Notes: generated by a model not told the origin, from the letters alone. A stretch of 64,000 nucleotides of DNA from Chitinophagaceae bacterium (GCA_004173235.1 SEAC01000020.1:84678-148677); one strand, 5' to 3'; counted from the stretch's first letter, positions 55,092 to 64,000 are shown. Made by a program: numbers and translations.

Positions 55092-55186
55092 AAAAGCCCT
55101 CTTTGCCAATAGCGGGCCGGAAAATGGGAAATGGAAGCGAAATCGTTACGCCTTTGGTAAAGCCTGCATAGAAGGCGTTGCCCGCA

Positions 55187-55444
55187 TCAGGTGGTCACCG
55201 GCCCGGAGGCAGGGTCGGGAAAGGGGGCAGAATCGTCGGTAGAACGGATCTTTTTGTAAAGTGCGATCTCCAGTTCGGTCACGTCGTGCCGCAGCTCCTG
55301 GAGTGCCTTCCATTCCGCGCCATTGAGCAGTGCTTCTTTGAGCCGCGTGGCGGCGTCAACGTACATTACTTTCAATGCTTCCAGATCCAGCCGGAGAAAG
55401 TTCGTATGGTCCACTTTCGGTAGTGTTTTTGTTACGGCTAGCAA
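55187..55444 (-). CDS. Small helical hypothetical protein
   Basis: 85-aa ORF with LDLEALKVMY...LLNGAEW...RHDVTEL; a similar fragment lies at 33.2 kb. Confidence 0.6.
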   Translation of the reverse strand: MLAVTKTLPKVDHTNFLRLDLEALKVMYVDAATRLKEALLNGAEWKALQELRHDVTELEIALYKKIRSTDDSAPFPDPASGPVTT

Positions 55445-55575
55445 CTACAGGCGACCCAGCAACGAGTGTACCGATAGGCTAAGGGGCAGGCAAAATAAAA
55501 ATTTCCTGCACGTGCGAACAGATGAGCCCGCAACTTTTAATCTCCTCTTAATTTCACAGCGCGGCCGCAGGTGAC

Positions 55576-55604
55576 AAAAAAAAGGCCCCGAAAAAACGGG
55601 GCCT
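55576..55604 (-). terminator. Rho-independent terminator after the tRNA
   Basis: Minus strand AGGCCCCG-TTTTTT-CGGGGCCT-TTTTTTT. Confidence 0.85.
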
Positions 55605-55610
55605 GTTTCG

Positions 55611-55683
55611 AGCCAACTATCAGATTCGAACTGACGACCTATTCATTACGAATGAATCGCTCTACCAGCTGAGCTAAGTTGGC
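55611..55683 (-). tRNA. tRNA-Thr (anticodon CGT)
   Basis: GCCAACT TA GCTC AGCTGGTA GAGC G ATTCA TTCGTAA TGAAT AGGTC GTCAG TTCGAAT CTGAT AGTTGGC T cloverleaf; CCA not encoded. Confidence 0.96.
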
Positions 55684-55692
55684 GTGGGAGTG

Positions 55693-55700
55693 CAAATGTA
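55693..55700 (-). promoter_or_regulatory. -7 element (TACATTTG) for tRNA-Thr
   Basis: Exact TAnnTTTG match 9 nt upstream of the tRNA 5' end. Confidence 0.7.
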
Positions 55701-55809
55701 GGGAGTTTGACCAATTTTCCAAATGCATCCGGGGCACGTGCCGATCAACCAATGTGCTCCACCTGAGAAACCACTTCAAACCTTCCCTAATCGGTATCTT
55801 AGCGCCGCA

Positions 55810-56973
55810 ATGGGATTGGCTGCCGTTTTGTTCTGGCTCCTGCTCGCAGGCGTGTTTTTTGCCTACGTGGGCTATCCCGTGCTGCTCCTCGCCCTCGATC
55901 TGTTTCGCCGCCAACGCACGGCGCCTGCATCATCCACCTGGCCCTCGGTAACGCTGGTGGTTGCGGCTTACAACGAAGCAGCGATCCTGCCCGGGAAGGT
56001 CCGGAACGCCCTTGCCCTCGACTACCCCGGCGAGCTGCGCCTGCTGCTGGTGACCGATGGCTCTACCGACAACAGCGGCGAAGGAGTTGCCGCATTTCCC
56101 GGCGTGCAGGTGCTGCATCAACCCGAACGGCGCGGCAAGACGGCGGCGCTCAACCGGGCGGTGGCATTCGCCGATACTGAGCTGCTCGTTTTCAGCGATG
56201 CCAATACGAGCCTGCCTCCCGATGCGCTGCGTAAACTGCTCCGCCATTTCAATGATCCTGGCGTGGGTGCCGTGGCAGGCGAGAAGCGCGTGCAGCACAG
56301 CTCCGGGATGGGCTTTGCCGAAGGCTGGTACTGGCACTACGAATCGTTCCTGAAAAAGCTGGACGCGCGTTTTTACAGCGTGGTGGGCGCGGCCGGCGAG
56401 CTCTTCGCTTTGCGGCGTCCGTTATTTACGGTCCTGCCCGACGACACGGTGCTCGACGACCTGGCGCTCTCGCTCGAGATCGGCATGCAGGGGAAGCGGA
56501 TCGCGTATGAGCCCGAAGCGTTTGCGCTGGAGGCGCCTTCCGCGTCGCTGGACGACGAGCGGCGTCGTAAGGTGCGGATCGCTGCCGGCGCGTTTCAGTT
56601 GCTCGATCGCCTTTCGTGGGCAAAGCTGTTGCAGCAACCGGCGCTTGCCTTCCAGTTCTTCGTACGGCGCTGGCTTCGCTGGGCTTTTTGTCCGCCCGCG
56701 CTGCCCCTGCTCCTCCTGCTCAACCTGCTGCTCGCAATCGGGCATCCCGCTGCACTGTACGACCTGTTGCTTGCCCTGCAGGGAACCGTATATCTACTGG
56801 CCGGCGCCGGTGCGCTGCTGCTGCGCCGCAACCGCGCATTTTTCCTGTGCACGGTGCCGTTTTATTTCCTCTTTATGAACGCATGCCTGCTCGAAGGCTG
56901 GTGGCGTCATCGAAAGGGCGGGCAGTCGGTGTTGTGGGAGAAGGCGAGGAGGGGGAGAGAGGTAAAGGGTTAA
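55810..56973 (+). CDS. Glycosyltransferase family 2 protein
   Basis: VAAYNE, DGSTD, GKTAALN, FSDAN, GAAGELFALR, LDD, RRKVRIAAG; ATG 55810. Confidence 0.92.
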   Translation: MGLAAVLFWLLLAGVFFAYVGYPVLLLALDLFRRQRTAPASSTWPSVTLVVAAYNEAAILPGKVRNALALDYPGELRLLLVTDGSTDNSGEGVAAFPGVQVLHQPERRGKTAALNRAVAFADTELLVFSDANTSLPPDALRKLLRHFNDPGVGAVAGEKRVQHSSGMGFAEGWYWHYESFLKKLDARFYSVVGAAGELFALRRPLFTVLPDDTVLDDLALSLEIGMQGKRIAYEPEAFALEAPSASLDDERRRKVRIAAGAFQLLDRLSWAKLLQQPALAFQFFVRRWLRWAFCPPALPLLLLLNLLLAIGHPAALYDLLLALQGTVYLLAGAGALLLRRNRAFFLCTVPFYFLFMNACLLEGWWRHRKGGQSVLWEKARRGREVKG

Positions 56974-57097
56974 AGAGTTAAAGAGTTAAAGAGTTAAGGG
57001 GTTAATAGGTTACAGAGTTGGGTACTGCCCACTTTTCAACCCGTCCACTATTCAACTTTCCAACTCCTCAACCTTCCAACTCCTCAACTTCTAACCC
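56961..57097. repeat. Octamer-periodic inverted-repeat element
   Basis: GTTAAAGA x3 plus variants (56961-57020) ... TCCTCAAC/TTTCCAAC units (57033-57097); contains the GT2 stop. Confidence 0.88.
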
Positions 57098-57130
57098 GCT
57101 CTGCCGTATTTTTACGCAAACACCAGCGCC

Positions 57131-59236
57131 ATACCGAATTACACGAACATACTGGGCAATCCCATCGAATACCTGAAGGGCGTGGGCCCGCAGAAGGCCG
57201 ACCTGCTCAAGAAGGAACTGGGCATCTTCACCTTCGGCGACCTGCTACACCATTTTCCCTACCGACATATCGACAAAACGCGGTTCTCGCCGGTGATCGA
57301 CCTCAACCCGACGCTCGACTACGTGCAGGTGCGCGGCTTTCTAACCTATAAAGAAACCGCCGGTGAAAAAAGCGGGCGACGCCTGCTTGCCTACCTGCGC
57401 GACGAGACCGGTACCATCGAGCTCACCTGGTTCAAAGGCCTCAATTGGGTGGAGAAGCTGCTGCGCGAAGGCGCTCAATACACGGTGTTTGGCAAACTTT
57501 CTTTCTTCATGGGAAAGCCCCAGCTGGTGCACCCGGAGATCGAGCCCTACAACCCCGACGCCGTGCCCAACAGCCTCGAGCCCGTGTACAGCAGCACCGA
57601 GAAGCTGAAAAGCCGCGGCCTCGGCGGACGGCCCATCGGAAAGCTCGTTCAGGCCCTTTTCGAAATACTTCCCCACGAAGAACTTCCGGAAAACCTTCCC
57701 GATGCTATCCTTGAAAAAGGCAAGCTGATGGGACGCTACGCGGCCTACCGCGGCATTCATTTTCCACGCAGCCCCAAAGAATGCGCGCACGCCATCCGTC
57801 GCCTCAAGTTCGAAGAGCTGTTCATCGCGCAGGTGCGGCTGGCCCGTACCCGCTCCGAGCGCCACCGCCTTTCGCGCGGCGTCCTCTTCGACCAGGTAGG
57901 CGACCTGTTCAACACCTTTTATAAAGAACACCTTCCCTTCGAGCTTACCGGCGCACAAAAGCGCGTGCTGAAGGAGATCCGCACCGATACCGCATCGGGC
58001 CACCAGATGAACCGGCTGTTGCAGGGCGACGTGGGCTCGGGTAAGACCATCGTGGCATTGCTCGCCATGCTGCTTGCCAACGACAACGGCTACCAGGCAT
58101 GCCTGATGGCGCCAACCGAGATCCTCGCGCAGCAACACTACAAGGGCCTCAGCGAACTGCTCGCACCGATGGAACTGCCGATCCGTATTCTTACGGGAAG
58201 CACAAAGACGGCAGAAAGAAAAAAGATCCTCGGCGAACTGCTGGAGGGTTCCGTACGTATTCTTATCGGTACGCACGCGCTCATCGAGGAAGTGGTGCAG
58301 TTTCAAAACCTGGGACTGGCCATCGTGGACGAACAACACCGGTTTGGCGTGGCGCAGCGTGCGCGTTTATGGAAGAAGGCTACGGTGCCGCCGCACGTGC
58401 TGGTGATGACCGCAACGCCCATCCCGCGCACGCTGGCAATGACGGCCTACGGCGACCTCGATTGCAGCGTGATGGACGAACTGCCGCCCGGCCGCCTGCC
58501 CGTGCACACCGTGCATCGCCTCGACGACCAGCGCACGCGCGTGATGGAATTCATGCGCGGCGAGCTGGAGAAGGGACGGCAAGCCTACGTGATCTTCCCG
58601 CTTATCGAGGAGAGCGAGAAGGTGGATTATGAAAGTCTGATGGTGGGCTACGAGAACGTGAAGGCGTTTTTCCCAGAGCCACGCTATTGGATCAGCATGG
58701 TGCACGGCCGGCAAACTTCGGAAGTGAAGGAGGCGAACATGCAGCGTTTTGTGCAGGGCGACACTCAGATAATGGTGAGCACCACCGTCATCGAAGTGGG
58801 CGTGAACGTGCCGAATGCCTCGGTGATGGTAATTGAAAGTGCGGAAAAATTTGGACTATCCCAGCTGCACCAGCTCCGGGGCCGCGTGGGCCGCGGTGCC
58901 GAAAAAAGCTATTGCGTACTGATGACCAGCCCCAAGTTGAGCAACGACGCGCGGGAACGCCTGAAGATGATGTGCGCAACGAACAGTGGTTTTGAAATTG
59001 CAGAAAAAGATCTGGAGCTCAGAGGACCGGGAGAAATTGAGGGCACCCGACAAAGTGGATCGTTAAACTTCCGGCTCGCAGATCTCGTCAAAGACAAAAC
59101 CGTTCTCGACGCGGCGAAATCCTACGCCGAGCAATTGGTGGAAGAAGACCCGGAACTGGAGTCGGCCGACCACGTGCGTTTGAAACAGTACCTCTTGTCG
59201 CAAATGGGTAAGACCCCCTGGAGCCGCATATCTTAA
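57131..59236 (+). CDS. recG: ATP-dependent DNA helicase RecG (start uncertain; ORF track starts at GTG 57182)
   Basis: PIEYLKGVGPQKA, LQGDVGSGKT, APTEILAQQH, VDEQHRFG, MTATPIPRT, QLHQLRGRVGRG, DLELRGPG. Confidence 0.95.
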   Translation: MPNYTNILGNPIEYLKGVGPQKADLLKKELGIFTFGDLLHHFPYRHIDKTRFSPVIDLNPTLDYVQVRGFLTYKETAGEKSGRRLLAYLRDETGTIELTWFKGLNWVEKLLREGAQYTVFGKLSFFMGKPQLVHPEIEPYNPDAVPNSLEPVYSSTEKLKSRGLGGRPIGKLVQALFEILPHEELPENLPDAILEKGKLMGRYAAYRGIHFPRSPKECAHAIRRLKFEELFIAQVRLARTRSERHRLSRGVLFDQVGDLFNTFYKEHLPFELTGAQKRVLKEIRTDTASGHQMNRLLQGDVGSGKTIVALLAMLLANDNGYQACLMAPTEILAQQHYKGLSELLAPMELPIRILTGSTKTAERKKILGELLEGSVRILIGTHALIEEVVQFQNLGLAIVDEQHRFGVAQRARLWKKATVPPHVLVMTATPIPRTLAMTAYGDLDCSVMDELPPGRLPVHTVHRLDDQRTRVMEFMRGELEKGRQAYVIFPLIEESEKVDYESLMVGYENVKAFFPEPRYWISMVHGRQTSEVKEANMQRFVQGDTQIMVSTTVIEVGVNVPNASVMVIESAEKFGLSQLHQLRGRVGRGAEKSYCVLMTSPKLSNDARERLKMMCATNSGFEIAEKDLELRGPGEIEGTRQSGSLNFRLADLVKDKTVLDAAKSYAEQLVEEDPELESADHVRLKQYLLSQMGKTPWSRIS

Positions 59237-59297
59237 CAGATAGCGCACAATCGAAGCACAACATTTCGTTCGTATATTCTGTTTATATTACGAGAGC

Positions 59298-62200
59298 TTG
59301 AACGTGAAGAAACCCATACTGTCCGCCCTTTGCCTTCTCTGTGCCCTGCTCACCTTCGCACAGCCTAAGTCGCCCCTGTCTTTTACCGAAAATAAAGGTC
59401 AGTGGGAATCGTTCGTGCGCTACCGCGCCGAGGTTCCCGCAGGCGCTTTCTTCCTGCGCAACGGCGGATTTACCGTGCTGCAGCAGGACGTGGCCGACCT
59501 CACCCGCGCAATGGACATGCTCCACCGGCGCGAGAAGACCGGCCAGCAACTGACCGTTCGCAGCCATGCCTACAGCGCCGACTTCATCGGAGCCAATGAA
59601 AAGGCGGTGTTCGAGGCCGACAAGCCGCTACCCGGCATCAACAACTACATCTATGGTAACGATCCTTCGGCCTGGGCCGGCAACTGCCGCCAGTTTGGAG
59701 GCGTCACCGTAAAAGACCTTTACCCCAACATCGACCTGCGCTACTATTCCGATAACGGCCGCCTCAAATACGACCTCATCGTGCATCCCGGCGGCGATCC
59801 TTCCAAAATTGCGCTGCGCTACAGTTATACCAATGGCCTCAAGGTGAAAGACAAAGAGTTGAACATCGAAACGTCGGTAGGTACGGTGCGCGAAATGCCC
59901 CCCTACGCATACCAGTATGGGGATGCGGGCCGCCAGACCGTTACCTGCAACTACCGTCTGAAAGACAGCGTGCTCCGTTTCGACCTCCGCAACTACGACG
60001 AGAAAAAGGTGCTGGTGATCGATCCGACGATCGTGTTTGCCTCCTTTGCCGGCAGCACCGCCGACAACTGGGGCTTCACTGCAACGTATGGCCCTGACGG
60101 CGCCTTCTTTGGCGGGGGCATCGTGTTCGCCAACGGATTTCCCACGCAACAGGGCTCGTTCCAGCAAAACATGTCGGGCGGACGCGTTGATATCGGGATC
60201 ATCAAACTTACTCCGGATGGTTCCAACCGTGTGTATGCTACCTACATCGGCGGCTCGGCCGAAGAGCAGCCGCACAGCCTGTTCTGCGATCCGGCCGGCA
60301 ACCTCGTTGTGGCAGGTCGCACCAATTCCGACAACTTTCCCACCACCACCACGGTGGGCACCGCGGGTGGATACGACCTGTTTGTGCTGAAGCTGAATGC
60401 CACCGGTTCTGCGCTGCTGGGCAGCATGCGCGTAGCGGGTTCGGCCGATGATTGCGTGAACATCGATGCGCAGCGAAACCGTGCGTCGCTCAATTATAAT
60501 TATGGCGACGATGGACGGAGCGAAGTGATCCTCGATGCGGCAGGCAACGCCTATGTGGCTACCTGCACCAAGTCGACCGACTTCCCCGTCACCGATGGAT
60601 CGGTGTTCCGGGGCAGGCAGGATGCCGCGGTGCTCAAGATCAACCCGGGTATGAATCAGCTGCTTTGGGCTACCTACCTGGGGGGCACCTCCGACGACGC
60701 GGCTTACGTGCTTGCCATCAGCCCCATCAACGGCAATCTCTATGTAGCAGGAGGCACCAGCAGCACTACGTTCCCGCAAACCGCCGGCACCATGGGCCCC
60801 AATAACAATGGCGATATTGATGGCTTCGTTGCGCAATACAACAACGGTGTGCTCGTACGCAGCACGTTCGTAGGCACTCCGCAATACGACCAGATCTTCG
60901 GCATCCAGTTCGACCGCACCGGCTTTCCTTACATTACCGGGCAAACGATGGGGCAATGGCCGAACATCAACGCGGCCTTCCACGTCAACAACTCACGCCA
61001 GTTCATTGCCAAGCTGCAACCCGACCTGAGCGCTTTTGTATACTCGCTTGCCTTCGGCACCGCCAACGCGGCGCAGGTCAATATTTCACCCACCGCTTTC
61101 CTTGTAGACCGTTGCGAGAACGTATACGTGTCGGGCTGGGGCGGGCAGGTGTCCAACTTCCCCTCTGCCGGCACGTTTGGTTTGCCGGTGACTTCTGATG
61201 CGCTGGTGATGAACCCGCCTTACAGCTCGCCGGCCCAAACCGACGGCAAAGACTTCTATTTTTTCGTGTTGAAGAAGAACGCGACGCAACAGTTGTATGG
61301 ATCGTTCTTTGGCGAAAATTCTCCCGCTTCCTTCCCCGACCACGTAGACGGTGGCACCAGCCGCTTCGACGCCAATGGCGTCATTTACCAGTCTACCTGC
61401 GCCAATTGCGGCAATCCGCACCCGTTCTGGCCTGCCACGCCGGGTGCATGGTCGGAGCAGAACCCATCCAACAGCTGCAACCTCGGCATGATCAAGATCG
61501 CGCTCAACCTCTCGGGTCTCGCGGCAGGTGTGCAATCGGCCATCGACGGCGTTGTGCGGGATACGGCGGGCTGCCTGCCGCTCACCGTACAGTTCCGCGA
61601 CACCATCGCCAATGCGGTAACCTATGAGTGGGACTTCAACGGCGACGGTGTTAACGACCAGACGACAACGGTGCCCAATGCGCAATACACCTACACGGCC
61701 GCGGGCACTTACCGCGTGCGCCTCGTTGCGATAGATCCCAACAGCTGCAACGTCAGCGACACTTCGTACCTCCACATCCGCGTGGGTGTGCTGCAGGCTA
61801 CGCCGAGCTTTACGTTCCGCAAGCTCAACCCCTGCGATTCGCTTAAGTTTGAATTCACCAATACAACGCCGGTGGCACCGAGCCGGCCCTTCACCAACTC
61901 CACGTTCGTGTGGGACTTCCTCGACGAAGGCATTATTCAAACGCGGGATGCGAGCGTGTTCACGCACAACTTCCCCGGTCCCGGCAGCTACCGTGTGCGC
62001 CTCACCATCGTAGACACTTCTTTCTGCAATGCGCCCGAATCGATCGATACCATCGTGAACGTGGCGGTGCTGGTGAAAGCGCGCATCGAAACCCCGGCAA
62101 CTGGCTGTGCCCCGTACTATGCCGTGTTCACCAACACTTCGGATGGCGGCCAGACCTTCCACTGGGACTTCGGCGACAACACCACCTACGATGGCGCCAC

Positions 62201-62846
62201 ACCGCCGCCGCACCTGTACGCAGCCCCGGGCATCTACAACATTCGGCTCATTGCAATTGATTCGGGCACGTGCAACATCGTTGATACCGCTTATGCCCGC
62301 ATCGAGCTGTTTGGCAAGCCAGTGGCCGGCATCGGCACTGTGAGCCCGCAGCCGCCCGTGCCCAACATGGCACTCACCTTCCAGAACACTTCTTCCTCCG
62401 ACGCCATCCGCTTCAAGTGGCTGTTTGGTGATGGCGACTCGTTGCTCACCAACAACCTGCTGCCGGTGCGCCACGAATACAACACGGCGGATTCTTTCCT
62501 CGTGCTGCTCATTGCATACAATGCGGTGGGCTGCCCGGATACGGCGCGTCGCTGGGTGACCACGCTGGTAGAGCCTGCGGTGGACGTGCCGAACGCGTTC
62601 ACGCCCATGAGCGGTGGCGTCAACTCGCTCGTGTTTGCACGCGGCTTTGGCATCGCCAGGCTCCACTTCACCATTTGGAACCGCTGGGGGCAGAAAGTGT
62701 TTGAAACCACCGACCGCCACCTGGGCTGGGATGGCACCGTTAACGGAAAGCTGCAGCCGATGGACGTGTATGCCTACACCCTCGAAGTAACGTTCATCGA
62801 TGGAAAGAAGGCGACCAGGAAAGGCGATATTACCCTAATCCGATAA
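59298..62846 (+). CDS. T9SS type B sorting (gliding motility-associated C-terminal) protein with beta-propeller repeats and PKD domains
   Basis: Signal peptide, FTENKGQW and VLVIDP N-domain, ATYIGGS/ATYLGG repeats, WDFGD PKD motifs, C-terminal VPNAFTP...FTIWNRWGQKVF...WDGT...GDITLIR. Confidence 0.93.
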   Translation: MNVKKPILSALCLLCALLTFAQPKSPLSFTENKGQWESFVRYRAEVPAGAFFLRNGGFTVLQQDVADLTRAMDMLHRREKTGQQLTVRSHAYSADFIGANEKAVFEADKPLPGINNYIYGNDPSAWAGNCRQFGGVTVKDLYPNIDLRYYSDNGRLKYDLIVHPGGDPSKIALRYSYTNGLKVKDKELNIETSVGTVREMPPYAYQYGDAGRQTVTCNYRLKDSVLRFDLRNYDEKKVLVIDPTIVFASFAGSTADNWGFTATYGPDGAFFGGGIVFANGFPTQQGSFQQNMSGGRVDIGIIKLTPDGSNRVYATYIGGSAEEQPHSLFCDPAGNLVVAGRTNSDNFPTTTTVGTAGGYDLFVLKLNATGSALLGSMRVAGSADDCVNIDAQRNRASLNYNYGDDGRSEVILDAAGNAYVATCTKSTDFPVTDGSVFRGRQDAAVLKINPGMNQLLWATYLGGTSDDAAYVLAISPINGNLYVAGGTSSTTFPQTAGTMGPNNNGDIDGFVAQYNNGVLVRSTFVGTPQYDQIFGIQFDRTGFPYITGQTMGQWPNINAAFHVNNSRQFIAKLQPDLSAFVYSLAFGTANAAQVNISPTAFLVDRCENVYVSGWGGQVSNFPSAGTFGLPVTSDALVMNPPYSSPAQTDGKDFYFFVLKKNATQQLYGSFFGENSPASFPDHVDGGTSRFDANGVIYQSTCANCGNPHPFWPATPGAWSEQNPSNSCNLGMIKIALNLSGLAAGVQSAIDGVVRDTAGCLPLTVQFRDTIANAVTYEWDFNGDGVNDQTTTVPNAQYTYTAAGTYRVRLVAIDPNSCNVSDTSYLHIRVGVLQATPSFTFRKLNPCDSLKFEFTNTTPVAPSRPFTNSTFVWDFLDEGIIQTRDASVFTHNFPGPGSYRVRLTIVDTSFCNAPESIDTIVNVAVLVKARIETPATGCAPYYAVFTNTSDGGQTFHWDFGDNTTYDGATPPPHLYAAPGIYNIRLIAIDSGTCNIVDTAYARIELFGKPVAGIGTVSPQPPVPNMALTFQNTSSSDAIRFKWLFGDGDSLLTNNLLPVRHEYNTADSFLVLLIAYNAVGCPDTARRWVTTLVEPAVDVPNAFTPMSGGVNSLVFARGFGIARLHFTIWNRWGQKVFETTDRHLGWDGTVNGKLQPMDVYAYTLEVTFIDGKKATRKGDITLIR

Positions 62847-62859
62847 AAGTGGAGGAGCT

Positions 62860-63891
62860 ATGAAGCGTTTACTAACCATATGGAGCATCCTGGCACTGGC
62901 CGGCGGAAGCGCGTCCGCCCAGGACCTGCACTTCTCGCAGTTTTTCAACTCCCCGCTTTCCACCAATCCGGCCAACACGGGCTTCATTCCCGACGGCGAC
63001 TACCGCATTGGCGTCAACTATCGCAACCAGTGGTCCTCGATCATGTCGGTGCCCTACAAAACGATGAGCGCATTCGGCGATGTTCAGATCGGAAAGGATC
63101 GCTTTCAGAATGGTTGGATCGGGCTGGGCGGAATGGTTTTGAAGGATGTTGCCGGCGCGGGCAATCTTACATCCACCAAGGTATATGGCTCGGTTGCTTA
63201 TCACCAGATGCTCGGCTATTCGAGCCTGATCAGCGCCGGCTTCAACGTAGGCTATGCCAGCAAGCGCATTGATATGTCGGCACTCAAATTCCCCGACCAG
63301 TTTGACGGGCACTTCTTCGACAACAAGCTTCCCACGTCGGCCTTCCTCGACCGCACCAGCGTTGGCTACCTCGACCTGCAGGCCGGCCTCAACTTCGCGT
63401 ATTTTCCCACGAGCAATATTTACGTCAACAGCGGCTTTTCGATCGGCCACATCAACCGCCCACGCGAGTCGTTCTTCAACAACGATGCAAGCGACGTGGA
63501 CAACCGCATCCCGATGCGCAATACGGCGTTCCTCAATGGCTCGATTAAAGTCAACGACCAATGGATCGTCAACCCGAATTTCTACTTCAGCAGCCAGGCA
63601 GGTTCGTTTGAAGCCGTGGGCGGGCTGAATGCACATTACAACCTTTCGGGCGATGGCGAGAAGGTGCTGGTCGGGGGCATGTATTACCGCTACAAAGAGG
63701 CGCTCATACCGATGATCGGCCTTGGCCTGAACGACTACGTTTTCACCTTCAGCTACGACATCACCATGTCGCCCCTCAAAGCGTTCAACAGCTCGCGCGG
63801 CGCACTCGAGTTCTCCCTCGTCAAGCAGGGCGTGCTTACGAAATACAGCTTCAACCGCAGGCAGACGATTTGCCCGAGTTTTAAGAACTAG
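62860..63891 (+). CDS. PorP/SprF family type IX secretion system membrane protein
   Basis: QDLHFSQFFNSPLSTNPANTG, YRNQW, FSYDIT, GALEFS; directly follows the type B CTD gene. Confidence 0.93.
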   Translation: MKRLLTIWSILALAGGSASAQDLHFSQFFNSPLSTNPANTGFIPDGDYRIGVNYRNQWSSIMSVPYKTMSAFGDVQIGKDRFQNGWIGLGGMVLKDVAGAGNLTSTKVYGSVAYHQMLGYSSLISAGFNVGYASKRIDMSALKFPDQFDGHFFDNKLPTSAFLDRTSVGYLDLQAGLNFAYFPTSNIYVNSGFSIGHINRPRESFFNNDASDVDNRIPMRNTAFLNGSIKVNDQWIVNPNFYFSSQAGSFEAVGGLNAHYNLSGDGEKVLVGGMYYRYKEALIPMIGLGLNDYVFTFSYDITMSPLKAFNSSRGALEFSLVKQGVLTKYSFNRRQTICPSFKN

Positions 63892-63896
63892 GGACA

Positions 63897-63931
63897 AGTT
63901 TGGAGTTCATCGTTTGTGGTTTGTAGTTGGC
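63897..63931 (+). repeat. Heptamer run after the PorP/SprF stop
   Basis: AGTTTGG AGTTCAT CGTTTGT GGTTTGT AGTTGGC; GTTTGTGGTTTGTAGTT is the reverse complement of part of the 41870 array. Confidence 0.6.
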
Positions 63932-64000
63932 TGGCGCGCATTGAAGGCGTTTCTCCCGAACTTTGCCGCATGTTAACCGTTGATTCGCCGGTACTCCGGC

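Noticed and set aside
55611-55640. Duplicated tRNA-Thr 3' end marking an integrated element
   Set aside because: I found no second copy by eye, and the tRNA is followed directly by its own terminator.
59628-62720. Long antisense ORFs (e.g. 59628..60983, 61086..62720; also 14357..15658, 18949..20127, 41847..43595, 52920..53987)
   Set aside because: Shadow frames opposite well-supported genes, expected from high-GC codon bias.
63970-64000. Start of a further CDS (MLTVDSPVLR)
   Set aside because: Only 10 codons are visible at the window edge, too little to support a call.

Overview
A ~60% GC Bacteroidota region, most like Chitinophagaceae (Flavisolibacter/Flaviaesturariibacter-like). This is inferred from TAnnTTTG -7 promoter boxes, a T9SS substrate/PorP-SprF pair and a short NuoG. 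The core part (1-29 kb and 55.6-64 kb) holds rlmN, a thiolase, hisS, an LMW phosphatase, tonB-PstS-like-TPR, a complete nuoA-N operon, an ABC permease, exbB-exbD-exbD-tonB, a deleted/frameshifted mnmE, tRNA-Thr(CGT), a GT2, recG and a T9SS pair. An accessory-looking stretch between mnmE and tRNA-Thr carries an arsR-arsM-acr3-metallophosphoesterase cluster, an RsbQ/PAS-kinase/receiver operon, further kinases, redox enzymes and a DEAD helicase. It also carries an AT-rich NDT/TIR-like + P-loop ATPase gene (candidate defence gene) that abuts another truncated gene. The most striking pattern is non-coding: most larger intergenic gaps are filled by structured repeats (7-, 8- and 9-mer periodic inverted repeats, GTAG- and CGTC-type REPs, 11-, 21- and 36-bp tandem arrays). 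In three places the repeats bracket a small gene (GIY-YIG nuclease, DUF559 nuclease, four-helix-bundle remnant), and gene-less copies of the same repeats occur elsewhere. This suggests several families of minimal repeat-bounded selfish elements with non-autonomous derivatives. All product calls are from motif recognition only; no searches were run.
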